From positions 67,955,872 to 68,019,871 of the forward strand of contig NC_057718.1 in NCBI RefSeq assembly GCF_004010195.1: a stretch of DNA of 64,000 nucleotides, in the 5' to 3' direction. The notes below the pieces were generated by a model. That model saw nothing but the letters and a program-made list of their open reading frames with translations. It had not been told where the DNA came from and did not search any database. This DNA comes from Chiloscyllium plagiosum. Its lineage: Eukaryota. How positions within the stretch are numbered: the first letter of the stretch is position 1; each line of letters starts with the position of its first letter. This document shows, in pieces, positions 12,557 through 25,200 of the stretch. The position numbers and the translations under genes were made by a program.

Positions 12557-12881
12557 TTAGATTACATTAGATTAGATTACATTACAATGTGGAAACAGGC
12601 CCTTCGGCCCAACAAGTCCACACCGACCCGCCGAAGCGTAACCCACCCATACCCCTACATTTACCCCTTATCTAACACTACGGGCAATTTAGCATGGCCA
12701 ATTCACCTAACCTGCACATCTTTGGACTGTGGGAGGAAACCGGAGCACCCGGAGGAAACCCACGCAAACACGGGGAGAACGTGCAAACTCCACACAGTCA
12801 GTCGCCTGAGGCGGGAATTGAACCCGGGTCTCTGGCGCTGTGAGGCAGCAGTGCTAACCACTGTGCCACCGTGCCGCCCAC
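12557..12881 (-). mobile_element. Full-length, low-divergence HE1/V-SINE-type SINE
   Basis: tRNA-like head, V-domain (tgtgtggagtttgcacgttctccccgtgt...cctccgggtgctccgg), CR1-like tail and (taatc/taatg)n end; CpGs retained. Confidence 0.92.
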
Positions 12882-15115
12882 AGTTCAGAGGCACTATTTT
12901 CCTGTTAGAGTGAAGGGTAAGGCTGGTAAGATTAAGGACCAATGGATGAATAAAGATATTGAGGTTCTAGTCAAGAATAAAAGAGAATTTTATTTTAGAA
13001 ATAGACAACTTGATTCAGTTGAATCTCTTAACCAATATCAAGTGTGTCGGGGCATTCTTAAGAACAAAACCAGGAAGGCAAAGAGGGGATATGAGATAGC
13101 TGTGGCAGATAAGATTAAGGGTAATCCAAAGAGATTCGACAAATACATTAGGAGCAAGAGGTTAATTAGAGAGAGGGTAGGGCCTCTTAATGATCTGTTG
13201 AACCACAGGAGATGGGAGAGATACCAAATTAATATTTTGTCAGTTTTTACTGTGGAGAAAGAAATTGAATCTAGAGAATACAGAGAAATAAACTTTGATA
13301 TCTTAAAAACAGTTCACATTACAGAAAAGGAAGTTTGGGAGGTTTAAGGGAACATAAAGGTGGATAAATCTCTGGGACTTGATCTAATGTAGCCCAGAAT
13401 GTTATGGGAAGTAAGGGAGGAAATTGCGAGACCCCTTGCAGAAATTTTAGCATTATTGATAACTATGGTTGAGGCGTCTGATGACTAGAGGGTGACTAAT
13501 ATTCTACCTTTGTTTTGGAAAGATGTAAGGAGAAACTGGAAAACTATAGACTTGAGTCTGACTTTGGTTGTGAGCAAATTGTTGGAGATAATTATAAAAG
13601 ATAGGATTTATTAACATATATTGATTAAGGATAGTCAGCATGGTTTTGTCTGAGGAAAACAGTTTCACAAATTTGATTGAGTTTTTAGAGCAAGTAACCC
13701 AAAATAGTGATGATGGCAGAGCAGTAGACATTGTTAATTTGGATTTAGTAAAGCCTTTGATAAGGTTCCGCATGGTAGACTAATTAGTAAAGTTAGTTCA
13801 CATGGAATTCAGTTAAGCTTGCCAATTGGAAACAAAATTGGCTTAACGTCCGGAGACAGAGGGTAGTGGTGGTGGTTGGGGGGGGGGGGGGGTAGAGAGT
13901 TGCTTTTCAGACTGAAGACCTGTCACCAGTGGTGTCCCAGACAGATCAGTTCTGGGTTCTCTTTTTGTTTATCATTTATATGAATGACTTGGATGGGAAT
14001 ATAAAAGGCATAGTTAGAAAGTTTGCAAATGACACCAAAATTGGCATAGCAGAAAGTGAAGTAGGTTCTCGAAGATTGCAAAGGGATCTTAATCAAATGG
14101 GCTGAAAAATGGCTGATTGAGTTCATTCTGGATAAATGTGAGGTATTGTGGGACAGGAGCAGGCAGGTGGCACTTGTTTAATTTGGGATTATGTTTGGCA
14201 TGGACTAGTTGGACCAAAGGGTCTGTTTCCATGCTGTATGACTTTAAGAGTAACAAAAAGATGGGGTACTGGGCTAATGGTCGGATACTTGGTAGTGTTG
14301 ATGAGCAGAGGTATCTTGGTGTCCATGTACACAGATCTCTGAAAGTTGCCACCCAGGTAAATAGTACGGTGAAGAAGGCATATGGCGTACTGGCTTTTAT
14401 TGGTAGAGGAATTGAGTTCCGGAGCCCTGAGGTCATGTTGCAGTTGTATAAGACTCTGGTTCGGCCGCGGTAGGTATAGGACAGATGTTAGGGGTAGATT
14501 CTTTACTCAGCGAGTTGTGAGTTCATGGAATGCCCTGCCAGTAGCAGTGGTGGACTCTCCCTCTTTATGGGCATTTAAACGGGCATTGGATAGGCATATG
14601 GAGGATAGTGGGCTAGTGTAGGTTAGGTGGGCTTGGATCGGCGCAACATCGAGGGCCAAAGGGCCTGTATTGCGCTGTATTTTTCTATGTATTCTATGTA
14701 AATAGGAAGCTAGATAAAAGTGGAGGGGTAGCACTCTTAATCAAGAATGGCATTTGTGCACTAGGTCCTAATTACTTTAGTTCAGGAATTTGGGATAAAG
14801 AAATGGTTTGGGTGGAGATGAAAAATAGTAAAGGAAAATAATTCATGAACGAGAGATGTCTAAAGGCCCCAAATAGTAACACTATTGGAGGACGAAGTAA
14901 ACAAAAGAAATAATTTACGTAAGAGACAGCAATAACCATGGGTGATTTTGATTTATATATAAATTTAAAAGACTAGATTGACAAAGGTAACTTGGATGAA
15001 GAGTTCATACAATGCTTTTGAGAGTGTTTTTTTGAGCAGCATGTTCTGGAACTAATCCAAAAACAGGCTACACTCGACTTGGTGTTGTGTAAGGTAACAG
15101 GGTTAATGAATTAAC
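12882..15115 (+). mobile_element. Cluster of decayed CR1-type LINE fragments (linker/RT, tails, endonuclease piece)
   Basis: ORFs PVRVKGKAG...KAKRGYEIAVADKIKGNPKRF and YLGVHVHRSLKVATQV; tails at about 14240 and 14695. Confidence 0.85.
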
Positions 15116-16260
15116 TGATGCCAGTATTTTAGCTATTCTTTTCTTGATATTACATGAGCTGAATTGAATGGACTCATAATTGCTGGGGATCTCGAAAGGA
15201 CGCCAAGATGTTTCATCCATTCAGCACTGCTAGCTGAAAATTGTTGCACATGCTTCAGTCTTATCTTTTGCATTGATGATGTGTTGGGTTCCTGCATTAT
15301 TGAGGATCAATTTGTTTGTGGCACCTCTCCCTTTACTTGTCCATCTCCCTTGTCTGCTAGAAGTGATAGGACTATAGACCTTGGATCTGATTCGTTGGTT
15401 GTGGAATTGCTTAGCACTCTCTATCACTTGCTACATATTCTGTATGACATCCAAGCCCTTATTTATAGCTTCACCAGGTTTATACCTCATTTTATGTAAG
15501 TCTTGTGCTGCAACTGACAAACCCTCCTTCACTCTTCTTTGAAATGATTTTGATTTATGTGTGTTATGAGGTGGTTGATTGATTGTGTTGGTGTACAATT
15601 TAGCTGTTGCCTATGGCTTAGTCTTGAGTTGTTTGATCTGTTCAAAGTCTGTCACATATTGCATAGTGATAGTGTCCTACAACAAAGTGGAGGGTGTCTC
15701 CACAAGGATTGCATGTTGGTCACCCTTACTAATACTGTCATGGACAGATGCGTCTATGGTAGATTAGTGAGGAAGAGCTCAGGTATGTTTTTATCTCTCA
15801 AGGTTCCCTCCTCACCTGCTGCAGACCCGTTTAACAAATGTTCAGTGGTGGTTCTGCCGACCCGTTCTTAGTGGTGCACATGGAAATTCCCCCACCCAGT
15901 GTACATTGTGCGCATTTGTTCCCACTGTTCTTGCTCCAAGTGTTGTTCAACAATGGAGGAATATTGATTCAGGAGGAAGGGAGGGGCAGTACATGGTTAA
16001 CAGGTTTCCTTGTCCATGTCTGACTTAGTGACATGAGACTTTGTGCGGTCCAAAATGAATGTGAAGAATTCCTAGGGCAACTCCTAGCTGCATACTGCTG
16101 TGTCACCATCTCTGTGTGTGATTATGTCCAGTTTTTGGTTGTCTAGTCTGAGAGCTCGCCCAGTTTAGTAAGTGAGAAGAACTTTGCAGGGTAGAAAGAC
16201 CTGTGTTTGCCATTGTCATTTCCAGTGCCTTGGCTGATACAGATGGTTTCAGTTTCATTC
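15115..16260 (-). mobile_element. Old non-LTR (CR1-like) retrotransposon fragment of a second family
   Basis: Shares sequence with 6600-6900; heavily decayed with no long ORF. Confidence 0.5.
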
Positions 16261-16704
16261 CTCTTTTCCTTTCTAGCATAGCAGTTAATATGCAGAAGCT
16301 GATGAAAATGGAACTACCTAGACCTAACACAGTGTTTTGTTAATGAATGATAATTGCTTGTGTGATCATTCAATTTGTGTAATTTATAATTACAAATGGT
16401 AGCTCATACAGTGTTTTGGGTTTTATTCATGGAAAGGGAGTGTTTTTTTGAGAGAAATGCAGTTATATTTGCAGTTCCAGCTGTTCTTCTATAGCCATTA
16501 TGACCTCAACCTCTGCTATAAGTCCCATCATGTGCAATTTGTGATAGCCATTTGAAACAAAGACCATATGAACTTTGTACTATTCCAATATGCTTCTTAA
16601 AAAATCTAGCAAACCAAGTAAAGTGTAGGATAAAAACTTTATTCTTCCAGCATTTGAGACGGGTCTTGGGCTTTATTGGTTGGTTGGTGTAATGGAATGA
16701 AATG

Positions 16705-16813
16705 TTAGATTAGATTAGATTCCTTACAGTGTGGAAACAGGCCCTTCAGCCCAACAAGTCCGAAGAGCAACCCACCCAGACCCATTCCCCTACATTTACC
16801 TCTGACAAATGCA
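16705..16813 (-). mobile_element. HE1-type SINE 3' fragment
   Basis: (ttaga)n followed by acagtgtggaaacaggcccttcagcccaacaagtcc. Confidence 0.8.
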
Positions 16814-17818
16814 AAATATTATTATATTGCCCACAGAAAGCAGCAGTTGTGTGGTAAACATAAATAGGAACTGGAGTAGGTCAAGTATCTCCTTGAACTT
16901 GCTCTACCAATGAATTACATCAGAGCTGGTCTGTATCTTAATTTGATCTGCCTTAGTTCCATACTCCTTAATACAATTGCCTAACTAAAATGCATCAGCC
17001 ACATTTATTAAATTTTCAAATGACTAGTCTCAACAATTTTTCTGGAAGCGTATTTTCCATTTTCATTAACCCTTTTTGTTTAAAAAGTTCTTTTTGACAT
17101 CAACCCAAAGTAGCCTGGTTCTAATTTTAAGGCTGTGTCCTTTTACTTTGGTTCTCATCACTGAATATAGCATTCTCCTGGCTTCCCTATCAAATCATTC
17201 AGCCCTCTTAAACACCTCAATTTGATCATGCCTACATTTTCGCTATGCAGGGACTGCAACTAGTCCATATAATTTGACTCTTTTAGCCCAAAATATATTA
17301 GGCAGATCTGCTTTGATGCCATTATATACCTCCAGGGGTGCACTGCTCAGAATTGAATGCATTTCTTTCAATGGGAACTAAGCATAGGCCTTCACAGCCA
17401 AAATTGCTTCCTCACCCATCACATTCCACCACATACCTTGAAGTAAATGTCAACAATTCACAAACCTTTTGAACTGTTTTGAACCTGTCCACTAGCTTCT
17501 TCAAATTTCTGTAGTTTAATTCTGTTCTTCCACAGTTTCTAGTTGTTCACCATTTAGAAAATATTGAAATATCCTTGATGCAAGACTTCAGCTTTACCTA
17601 TTTCTCCTAATGTATCAATTTTGCACTGTGATTTTATGCTTTAATTTAACTTATTCATTGTGCTATGTATTTAGTATCATCAGCAAATTGGATATTTGGC
17701 TCTGTTGCTTTGTCATTTATAAACAGTGAAAAGTTGAAGATCCAGCTGCAGTATTCTGTGGAAACCCCCCAATTAATCTGAGTACATACCAATTAATCTC
17801 ACTGTCTTCTCCCTACTG

Positions 17819-18138
17819 AAGGAAGTGTCTGTGGATATATAAAATAAATGCATTGCACAGGAGACTACCTACAAAAGTTAGCTGCATAGAACTGGAATTA
17901 ACAGCAGTGTTTACTTAGAACATGGAACTGTTCAGCACAGGAATGGGCCCTTAGCCCACAATGTTGCGCCTAATACGATTTGGCATCATGTTTGGCACAA
18001 CATCATTGGTCTAAGGGTCCGTTCCTATGCTGCACAGTTTTACGTTCAAAGTAAACACTGCAGTTAATTCCAATTCTATGCAACTAACTTTGCTTAGTAG
18101 CCTCTTGTACAATGTTATATTGCCATAGACACTTCCTT
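17819..18138. repeat. Fold-back inverted duplication with arms of about 150 bp, including CR1 tails
   Basis: 17819-17975 is the reverse complement of about 17990-18138 with scattered transitions and indels. Confidence 0.85.
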
Positions 18139-19007
18139 TATCTCTCCCATTACCTCTGCAAAAAAAAACGTTTGTATGAACGCAAGTAATGTTTGCTAAA
18201 TTCCTGCTGGTGCTTTCAGCATTTCATATCTGTTCTGATGCTCAGTCACTCTACACTGAGTTATGGATTTTAGTAACTTCATGGTAATAAACTCGAGACT
18301 GACAAGCCTAGAATTTCCAAAAGACAGACCGTCTTGATTTGCTGCTCTAGGAAAAGAAGATACAATATGGTGACAGGTAATGGTAGCAAATGTTACCTAT
18401 AAAAAGCCAATTATTTTATGTTTCATTGCATGTTTTTTACAGTTATAATGTGTTGTACATGGAGCTTCCCAGAATCCAATTGTTTTAGCAGCTTCTGGCA
18501 ACAAGTACCTTTGAGTGCACCCTTGAGAATGAACTACTTTTTAAACAGAAATTGAAGACCTAGTAATATGTTAGTTTACCAGATATACACCAAACAACAA
18601 CATTTTAGCATTTCTATTTTATAGTAATTTTCATCATTATTTAAAGAAAACAAGTATGAACTAAGATGGTGCACTCACCATCTAGTTTACTCATTAAAAA
18701 ATTGTTCCTTTTAATGCTATCCAGTAAAAAGAGCTAAAATCAATGACATCCCCTCACCAACCCACTGCCAGTCTTGACTTTTTACATCTTGAACCAGCAA
18801 CTTTCCTGTTGCACTGCTCATTGTGAGTTGCAGGATATAGCCTAAATTTAGTGTATAAAGTAAGAGGAAAAGCAAAATTATGCATAATTTGTGATTTAGA
18901 GAAGGGTGAAATATGGTCCGTGACAAAGATGTACATACTTTTGGATTGACCGAATAGGAGTTAATTACAGAACGTAGTATTTTTGTTGTAGGCATTATTT
19001 AAAATGT

Positions 19008-19172
19008 CGAGAGTGTGGTGCTGGAAAAGCACAGCAGGTCAGGAAGTATACGAGGAGGAGGAGAATCGATGTTTCGGGCATAAGCCCTTCATCAGAAATT
19101 CCTGATCTGTGCTTTTCCAGCACCACACTCTTGATTCTGATCTCCAGCATCTGCAGTCCTCCCTTTCTTCAT
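19008..19172. mobile_element. Fold-back Penelope-like element, 13-bp TSD, hammerhead core on minus strand 19068-19095
   Basis: TSD ttatttaaaatgt at 18995-19007 and 19173-19185; inverted arms 19010-19034 and 19107-19131; reverse complement CTGATGA-A-GGGC-TTAT-GCCC-GAAAC-ATC. Confidence 0.8.
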
Positions 19173-19239
19173 TTATTTAAAATGTGGTCTACGAAAAACT
19201 TTTAAAATATAGAGATCATAGATGGTGCTTACTTAACAT

Positions 19240-19740
19240 GCATTATAGAAAGAACTTGCTTTTTTATACTACCATAAGATCCTAAAGATTTCCCAAACCT
19301 TTTACAACAAATAGATTTTTTTTGAAGTGTACTCACTGTTACATTCATAAAAATAATAATTTGTCTTGGCCGTAGCAAATTGATCTAGTTAACTTATTAA
19401 TCTGATTTTAGCATGTTGGTTTGAAGGTGAAGAATAAATGCTTTGCTCAACTTCAAATTGTTCCAAGCAATACTCCCTCCTCATGTTTGTTCCTTTATGG
19501 GAATCCTCCAACTTAAGTACATGGGGTTTCTCAATGGCCATGCACCTCACAGGGAACATTGGTACAAAGTGGTCCTTTATGTCCATGTGAATAGTTCAGT
19601 GCCTTATCCAAAAAGGCAGCTGTCAAAAGTACTGTACTTCTCTGCATAACACTGAAATATTATCTTAGATTTCATTATGACTTTGAACTTATAACCCTGT
19701 GATTCAATACCAGGTGCCCAAAAATGAACCAAAGTGATAC
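19240..19740 (-). mobile_element. Old DeuSINE/SacSINE-like SINE
   Basis: L2-like tail at about 19250-19310 and decayed tRNA-like head at about 19680-19735 on the minus strand. Confidence 0.5.
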
Positions 19741-20351
19741 TTATTATATTTCTGATATTGGGTGTACGCAGGCGTAAAGTTTGTAAGGTTTCTTCTCCAG
19801 TAATTATTTGATTCTGAGAAGTTTGGATTTTCTGTGCAATTTCTTTTTAAGATATGAGAAGTATGGCCGGTAAGGCAGAGAAACTTAGACGTTGGATTAA
19901 TATATACAATTATGACGTTGTAGCTCTTGCGGAGATTGGATCAAGAGAGGGACGAGACTGGCAGCTTAAGGTTCTGGGTTTTAGATGTTACAGTGTGATA
20001 GAGAGGGACGTAAAAGAAGTTGGGAAGTTACGTTAGTGAATAGAGAGATTATCACTCCTTTAGTGAGGGAGGGCACCTCCAGCAAGGCCATATTGGTAAA
20101 GGTCAGGAATAGAAAGGATGCAGTCATGTTGAGATTGTACTACAGGCTACCCAACAGCCAAAAAGGTGATAGAGAAACAGATAAGTGGACAGATTATGGG
20201 AAAGTGTGAAAACAATGGGGTTGTTTTAGTGGGCGATTTTAACTTACCCTTTTTTACGTCCCTTAGTGCCAGGAGCTTGGAATGTAGACTAGGAAATTTT
20301 GTTTGAGGGTAAATCCACATCTGGAATGTGGGAATCTATTATAGGCCAGTT

Positions 20352-22022
20352 ATAGAGTCTTAGAGATGTACAGCATGGAAACAGACACTTCGGTCCAACC
20401 CATCCAGGCCGACCAGATATCCCAATCCAATCCAGTACCACCTGCCAGCACTCAGCCCATATCCTTCCAAACTCTTCCTATTCTTATAACCATCCAAATA
20501 CCTTTTAAATGTTGCAATTGTACCTGCCTCCACCACTTCCTCTGGCAGATCATTCCATACATGTATCACCCTCTGTATGAAAAAGTTGCCCCTTAGGTCT
20601 CTTTTGTATATCTTTCCTCTCTTATCCTAAACCTATGCCCTCTAGTTCTGGACTCTTTCCACCCCAGGGAAAAGACTGTCTATATATCCTATCCATGCCC
20701 CTCATAATTTTGTAAACCTCTATAAGGTCACCCCTCAACCTCCGACACTCCAGCCTGTCAGCCTCACCCTGTAGCTCAAATCCTCAAACTCTGGCAACAT
20801 CCTTGTAAATCTTTTCTGAACCCTTTCAAGTTTCACAACATCTTTCCGATAGGAAGGAGACCAGAATTAAGTGCAATATTCCAACAGTGGCTTAACCAAT
20901 GTCCTGTACAGCCGCAACATGACCTCCCAACTCCTGTGCTCAATACTTTGACCAATAAAGGAAAGCATACCAAACGCCTTCTTCACTATCCTATCTACCT
21001 GCGACTCCACTTTCAAGGAGCTATGAACCTGCACTCCAAGGTCTCTTTGTTAAGCAACACTCCCTAAAACCTTACCATTAAGTGTATAAGTCCTGCTAAG
21101 ATTTACTTTTGCAAAATGCAGCATCTCGCATTTATCTGAATTAAACTCCATCTGCCATTTCTCAGCCCATTGGCCCATCTGGTCCAGATCCTGTTGTAAT
21201 CTGAGATAACCTTCTTCGCTGTCCACTACACCTCCAATTTTGGTGTTATCTGCAAACTTACTAACTATATCTCTTAGGCTCGCATCCAAATCATTTATGT
21301 AAATTATGAAAAGTAGAGGACCCAGCACCGATCCTTGTGGCACTCCACTGGTCACAGGCCTCCATTCTGAAAAACAACCCTCCACCACCACCCTCTGTCT
21401 TCTATCTTTGAGCCAGTTCTGTATCCAAATAGCTAGTTCTCCCTCTATTCTGTGAGATCTAACCTTGCTAATCATACTCCCATGGGGAACCTTGTCAAAC
21501 ACCTTACTGAAGTCCATATAGATCACATCTACCGCTCTGCCCTCATCACTCCTCTTTGTTACTTCTTCAAAAAACTCAATCAAGTTTGTGAGACATGATT
21601 TCCCACACACAAAGCCATGTTGAGTCCTCGCCTTTCCAAATACATGTACATCCTGTCCGTCAGAATTCCCTCCAACAACTTGCCCACCACTGATGTCAGG
21701 CTCACTGGTCTATAGTTCCCTGCCTTGTCTTTACCACCCTTCATAAACAGTGGCACCACGTTAGCCAACCTCCAGTTTTCTGGCATCTCACCTGTAGCCA
21801 TCCATGATACAAGTGTCTCAGCAGGAGGCTCAGCAATCACTTCCCTAGCTTCCCACAGTTCTACAGTACACCTGATCAGGTCCTGGGGGTTTAGCCACCT
21901 TTATGCATTTCAAGATATCCAGCACTTCCTCCTCTGTAATATGGACATTTTTCAAGATGTCACCATCTGTTTCCCTACATTCTATATCTTCCATGTCCTT
22001 TTCCACAGTAAATACTGATGTC
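20352..22022 (-). mobile_element. Younger 5'-truncated CR1-type LINE nested in the + strand CR1
   Basis: 186-aa ORF GKSCLTNLIEFFE...[13 protein letters not shown]...KFADNTK (RT core); complete 3' tail at 20352-20380. Confidence 0.92.
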
Positions 22023-22112
22023 AGTTGATTTAGAGTTCGGGACTCACGTTTTCCCATGAAAATGAAAGAGAAGGATGGCAAGATTCGGGAAGCTTGGATA
22101 ATAAGAGAAATT

Positions 22113-22285
22113 AGGAGAAAGTAAGGACTGCAGATGTTGGAGATCAGAGTCTGGAGTGTGGTGCTGAAAAAGCACAGCAGGTCAGGCAACATCCAAAGCA
22201 GGAGAATCAACGTTTTGGGTATAAGCCCTTCAGGAAAGTGCTCATTCCTTATGAAGGGCTGTTCTTGACTCTCAACTTCTCTTCT
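22113..22285 (-). mobile_element. Penelope-like element with broken hammerhead cores, inserted in CR1
   Basis: Same body as 19008-19172; core damaged (cctgaagggcttatacccaaaacgtt on the minus strand); partial inverted second arm at 22244-22260. Confidence 0.7.
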
Positions 22286-25200
22286 CAGAGTTGAGAGAGT
22301 GAGTGCTTTGTCAAAAGAAAAAGGCATACAGAGGGTTGAGGAAGTGGAAGACAGACAGACTGCTCGAAAAATACAACGATAGCAGAAAAGAACTCGAGGA
22401 ATTAGGGCTAAAAGAGACAATGGCAAATAGGATTAAGGGTAATCCCATGGCATTTTATACATATATAAGGACAACAGGGGAGCTAGGGAAAGGGTAGGTC
22501 CACTCAAGGACAAAAGAAGGAATTTTGTGCGTGGAGCCAGAGGAAATGTGTGAGGTCCTTAATGAATACTTTGCATCAGTATTCACAAAGGAGAAGAACA
22601 TGATGAATAGAGTGTCTTGGGAGGGGTATGTTGGTGTTCTGGAGCATGGCAATGTGAAATAGGAAGAGGTGTTAGGTATTTCAAAACGCATTAAGGTAGA
22701 CAAGTCACCAGAATCAGATGGGATCTATCCTAGAATGCTGAGGGAGTCTGGTGATGACATTTCTGTGGCCTCGTATGAAATCTCTGATTCCTCTTTAGTC
22801 ACAGAAGTCCCAGAGGACTGGAGAATAGCCAACAATGTTCATTTGTTTAAGGGCAACAGGGAAATTACAGGCCATTGATCCGTACATCAGTGGTAGGGAA
22901 ATTATTGAAGATACTTTGGGACAGGATTTACTCACATTTGGCCTTATTAGCTATAGGCAGTATGGCATTGTGCAGGAAAGATCATGTCTCACAAACTTAA
23001 TTAAATTTTTTGACAAAGTGGCAAAGATGATTGAGGGTAGCGCAGTAGATGTGTTATTGCTATGTATTTTCACAAGACCTTTGACAAGGTTCCCCCATGG
23101 CAGGCAGATATAAAATGTGAAGTCACATGGGATACGCGGTGAGCTGATTAAATGAATACAGAACTGGATTAGTCTTTAAAAGACAGAGTAGCAGTGGAAG
23201 GGTATTCTTCTGACTGGAGATCTGTGACCATTGGTGTTCTGCAGTGATTCGTGCTGGGACCCCTGTTGTTTGTAATATATGTAAATGCTTTGGAGGAGAA
23301 AATAGGTGGTCTGATTAGTAAGTTTGCAGATGTCACAATGATTGGGGGAGCTGTGGATAGTGAGGAGGATTGTTGGTGGTTACAGCAGGATATAAGATGG
23401 TGACTTGGGTGGAATAATGGCAGGTGGTGTTTAATTGGACAAATGCAAGGTGATGTACTTTGGAAAGTCTAATGTAGGAGAGAAGTATACAGTAAATGGC
23501 AGAACCCTTAGTTCCATCAACATAAAGAGAGATCTATGTGTACAGATCCACAGTTCCCTGAAATTGGCAAAACAAGTGGATAAAATGGCCAAGAAGGCAT
23601 ACTTGCCTTCATTGGTCAGGCATAAAGTATAAAAATTGGCAAATCATGTTGCAGCTGTATTGAACATTAATTATGCCATATTTGTGCACAGTTCTGTGAC
23701 ACACAGTTCTTATGTCATGTTTACATGAAGGATGTGGATGCTTTGCAGAGGGTGCAGAAATTTTTTAACATGTTTTCTGGTTTGGATGGCATTGGCTATG
23801 TGCAACGTTTAGACAAACTTGATTTGCTTTCACTTGAACAGCAAAGGATACGTGGTGATGTGATAGAACAAAATTATGAGGCATGGCTAGAATGGAAAAT
23901 CAGAGGCTTTTTCCCAGGATAGAAATGTCAGTTACTAGCAGATATAGGTTTAAGGTAAATGGAAATACGTTTAAAAGGAGATATGAGAGGCAAGTTTTTT
24001 TTATACAACAGGAGGTGGTGAAAGTAGATACATTTAAGAGGTATCTTTGATATATGAATAGGCAGGGAATAGTGGATACAGACCACGTAGAGGCAAAAGA
24101 TTTTTAGTTGAGAAAGGCATGGTGTAGGTGCAGCATTGGTGGAGCAAAGGGCCTGTTCCGTGTGCTATATAATTCTGTGTTATTGTATCTTTGTATTTCT
24201 GTGTTTTACTACTGCTAAATCTCAATAATACTAATAACAGATTTGCCATGAATTACAAAACTTACGTAATCATTCACTCAGTAATTAGAACCAGTGCAAC
24301 AAAACACTCTTCTGAAATCTTGGTTTCATACAAGACAGATTTAACTTGAAGCCAGCATTCAATCTCCAATAGAAACTGGCAGTAGATTGTGTTGGTTCAG
24401 TGTGCAATTTGCTAATTTGAAACAATGCGTTGGGGCATTCTACAAGATGTAGTTGCTGAGCTGGAACTTGAAGTTTCTGCTTAAATATGTTGTATGCGTG
24501 TTTGGGGAGCTGTAGTATTTTGAGGGAAAAAGATTCTGTTCAGACAGAAACATCTCACACTCAGAAATGCTGTACTTTTATAAGTGACCTATGAATTTCT
24601 ATTGGCAGAAATCCAATCAGACCTACAAATATGAAGCAAATGCCAGGAAAAAGATAAACCTATGGAGGTGGGCAGTACTAATAATAGATTCTTGATTACC
24701 CACAATGCAAATTGGTAGAGCCATGTGCGTCGTGCAAATTATGTTTTTAAAAGCTAACAAAGGCCAATAATCATAGAAAACAAGTTGAAACTTTTTGTTT
24801 GTTTTAGTTGTATTCATTTAATTCAATGTAATACAGTTCATAGGTGGAGAACATAAAGGAAGAGAGAACTTATCTGAATGAGTTGCATCAGATTTCTGTA
24901 GAAATTCACGAAGAATATGTACTGTCTCCTGTCATTCTAACATTCCTGCAGGGGTTAGTAAAATAATAGCTGCTGATATGACTCAGAAAATAGCAGGAAT
25001 CTGCTTTATAGACACTTCACAAGCTGCACTCATCATTGTAACACTCCCTATGATACTCAATAGATCCTATTCCATCTCGAGTCAGAAATATTACTACACT
25101 GCTTAATATACTAGTTACAAAGTCATTTATAGGACAAAGAATCTTGAAATGCTTTGCATTAAGCATTAGAATGTTTGGTACTGTTACTTGGCAAGTGTAA

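Larger units (their letters stand above)
19850..24190 (+). mobile_element. Decayed CR1-type LINE (endonuclease 19850-20345, RT and tail 22023-24190) split by later insertions
   Basis: ORFs YNYDVVALAE...RDWQLKV, KSPESDGIYPRMLRE, SCLTNLIKFF and DKCKVMYFG in colinear order. Confidence 0.85.

Noticed and set aside
13875..13893. Poly-G run as a G-quadruplex regulatory element
   Set aside because: Homopolymer expansion inside a decayed CR1; may also be a sequencing artefact.
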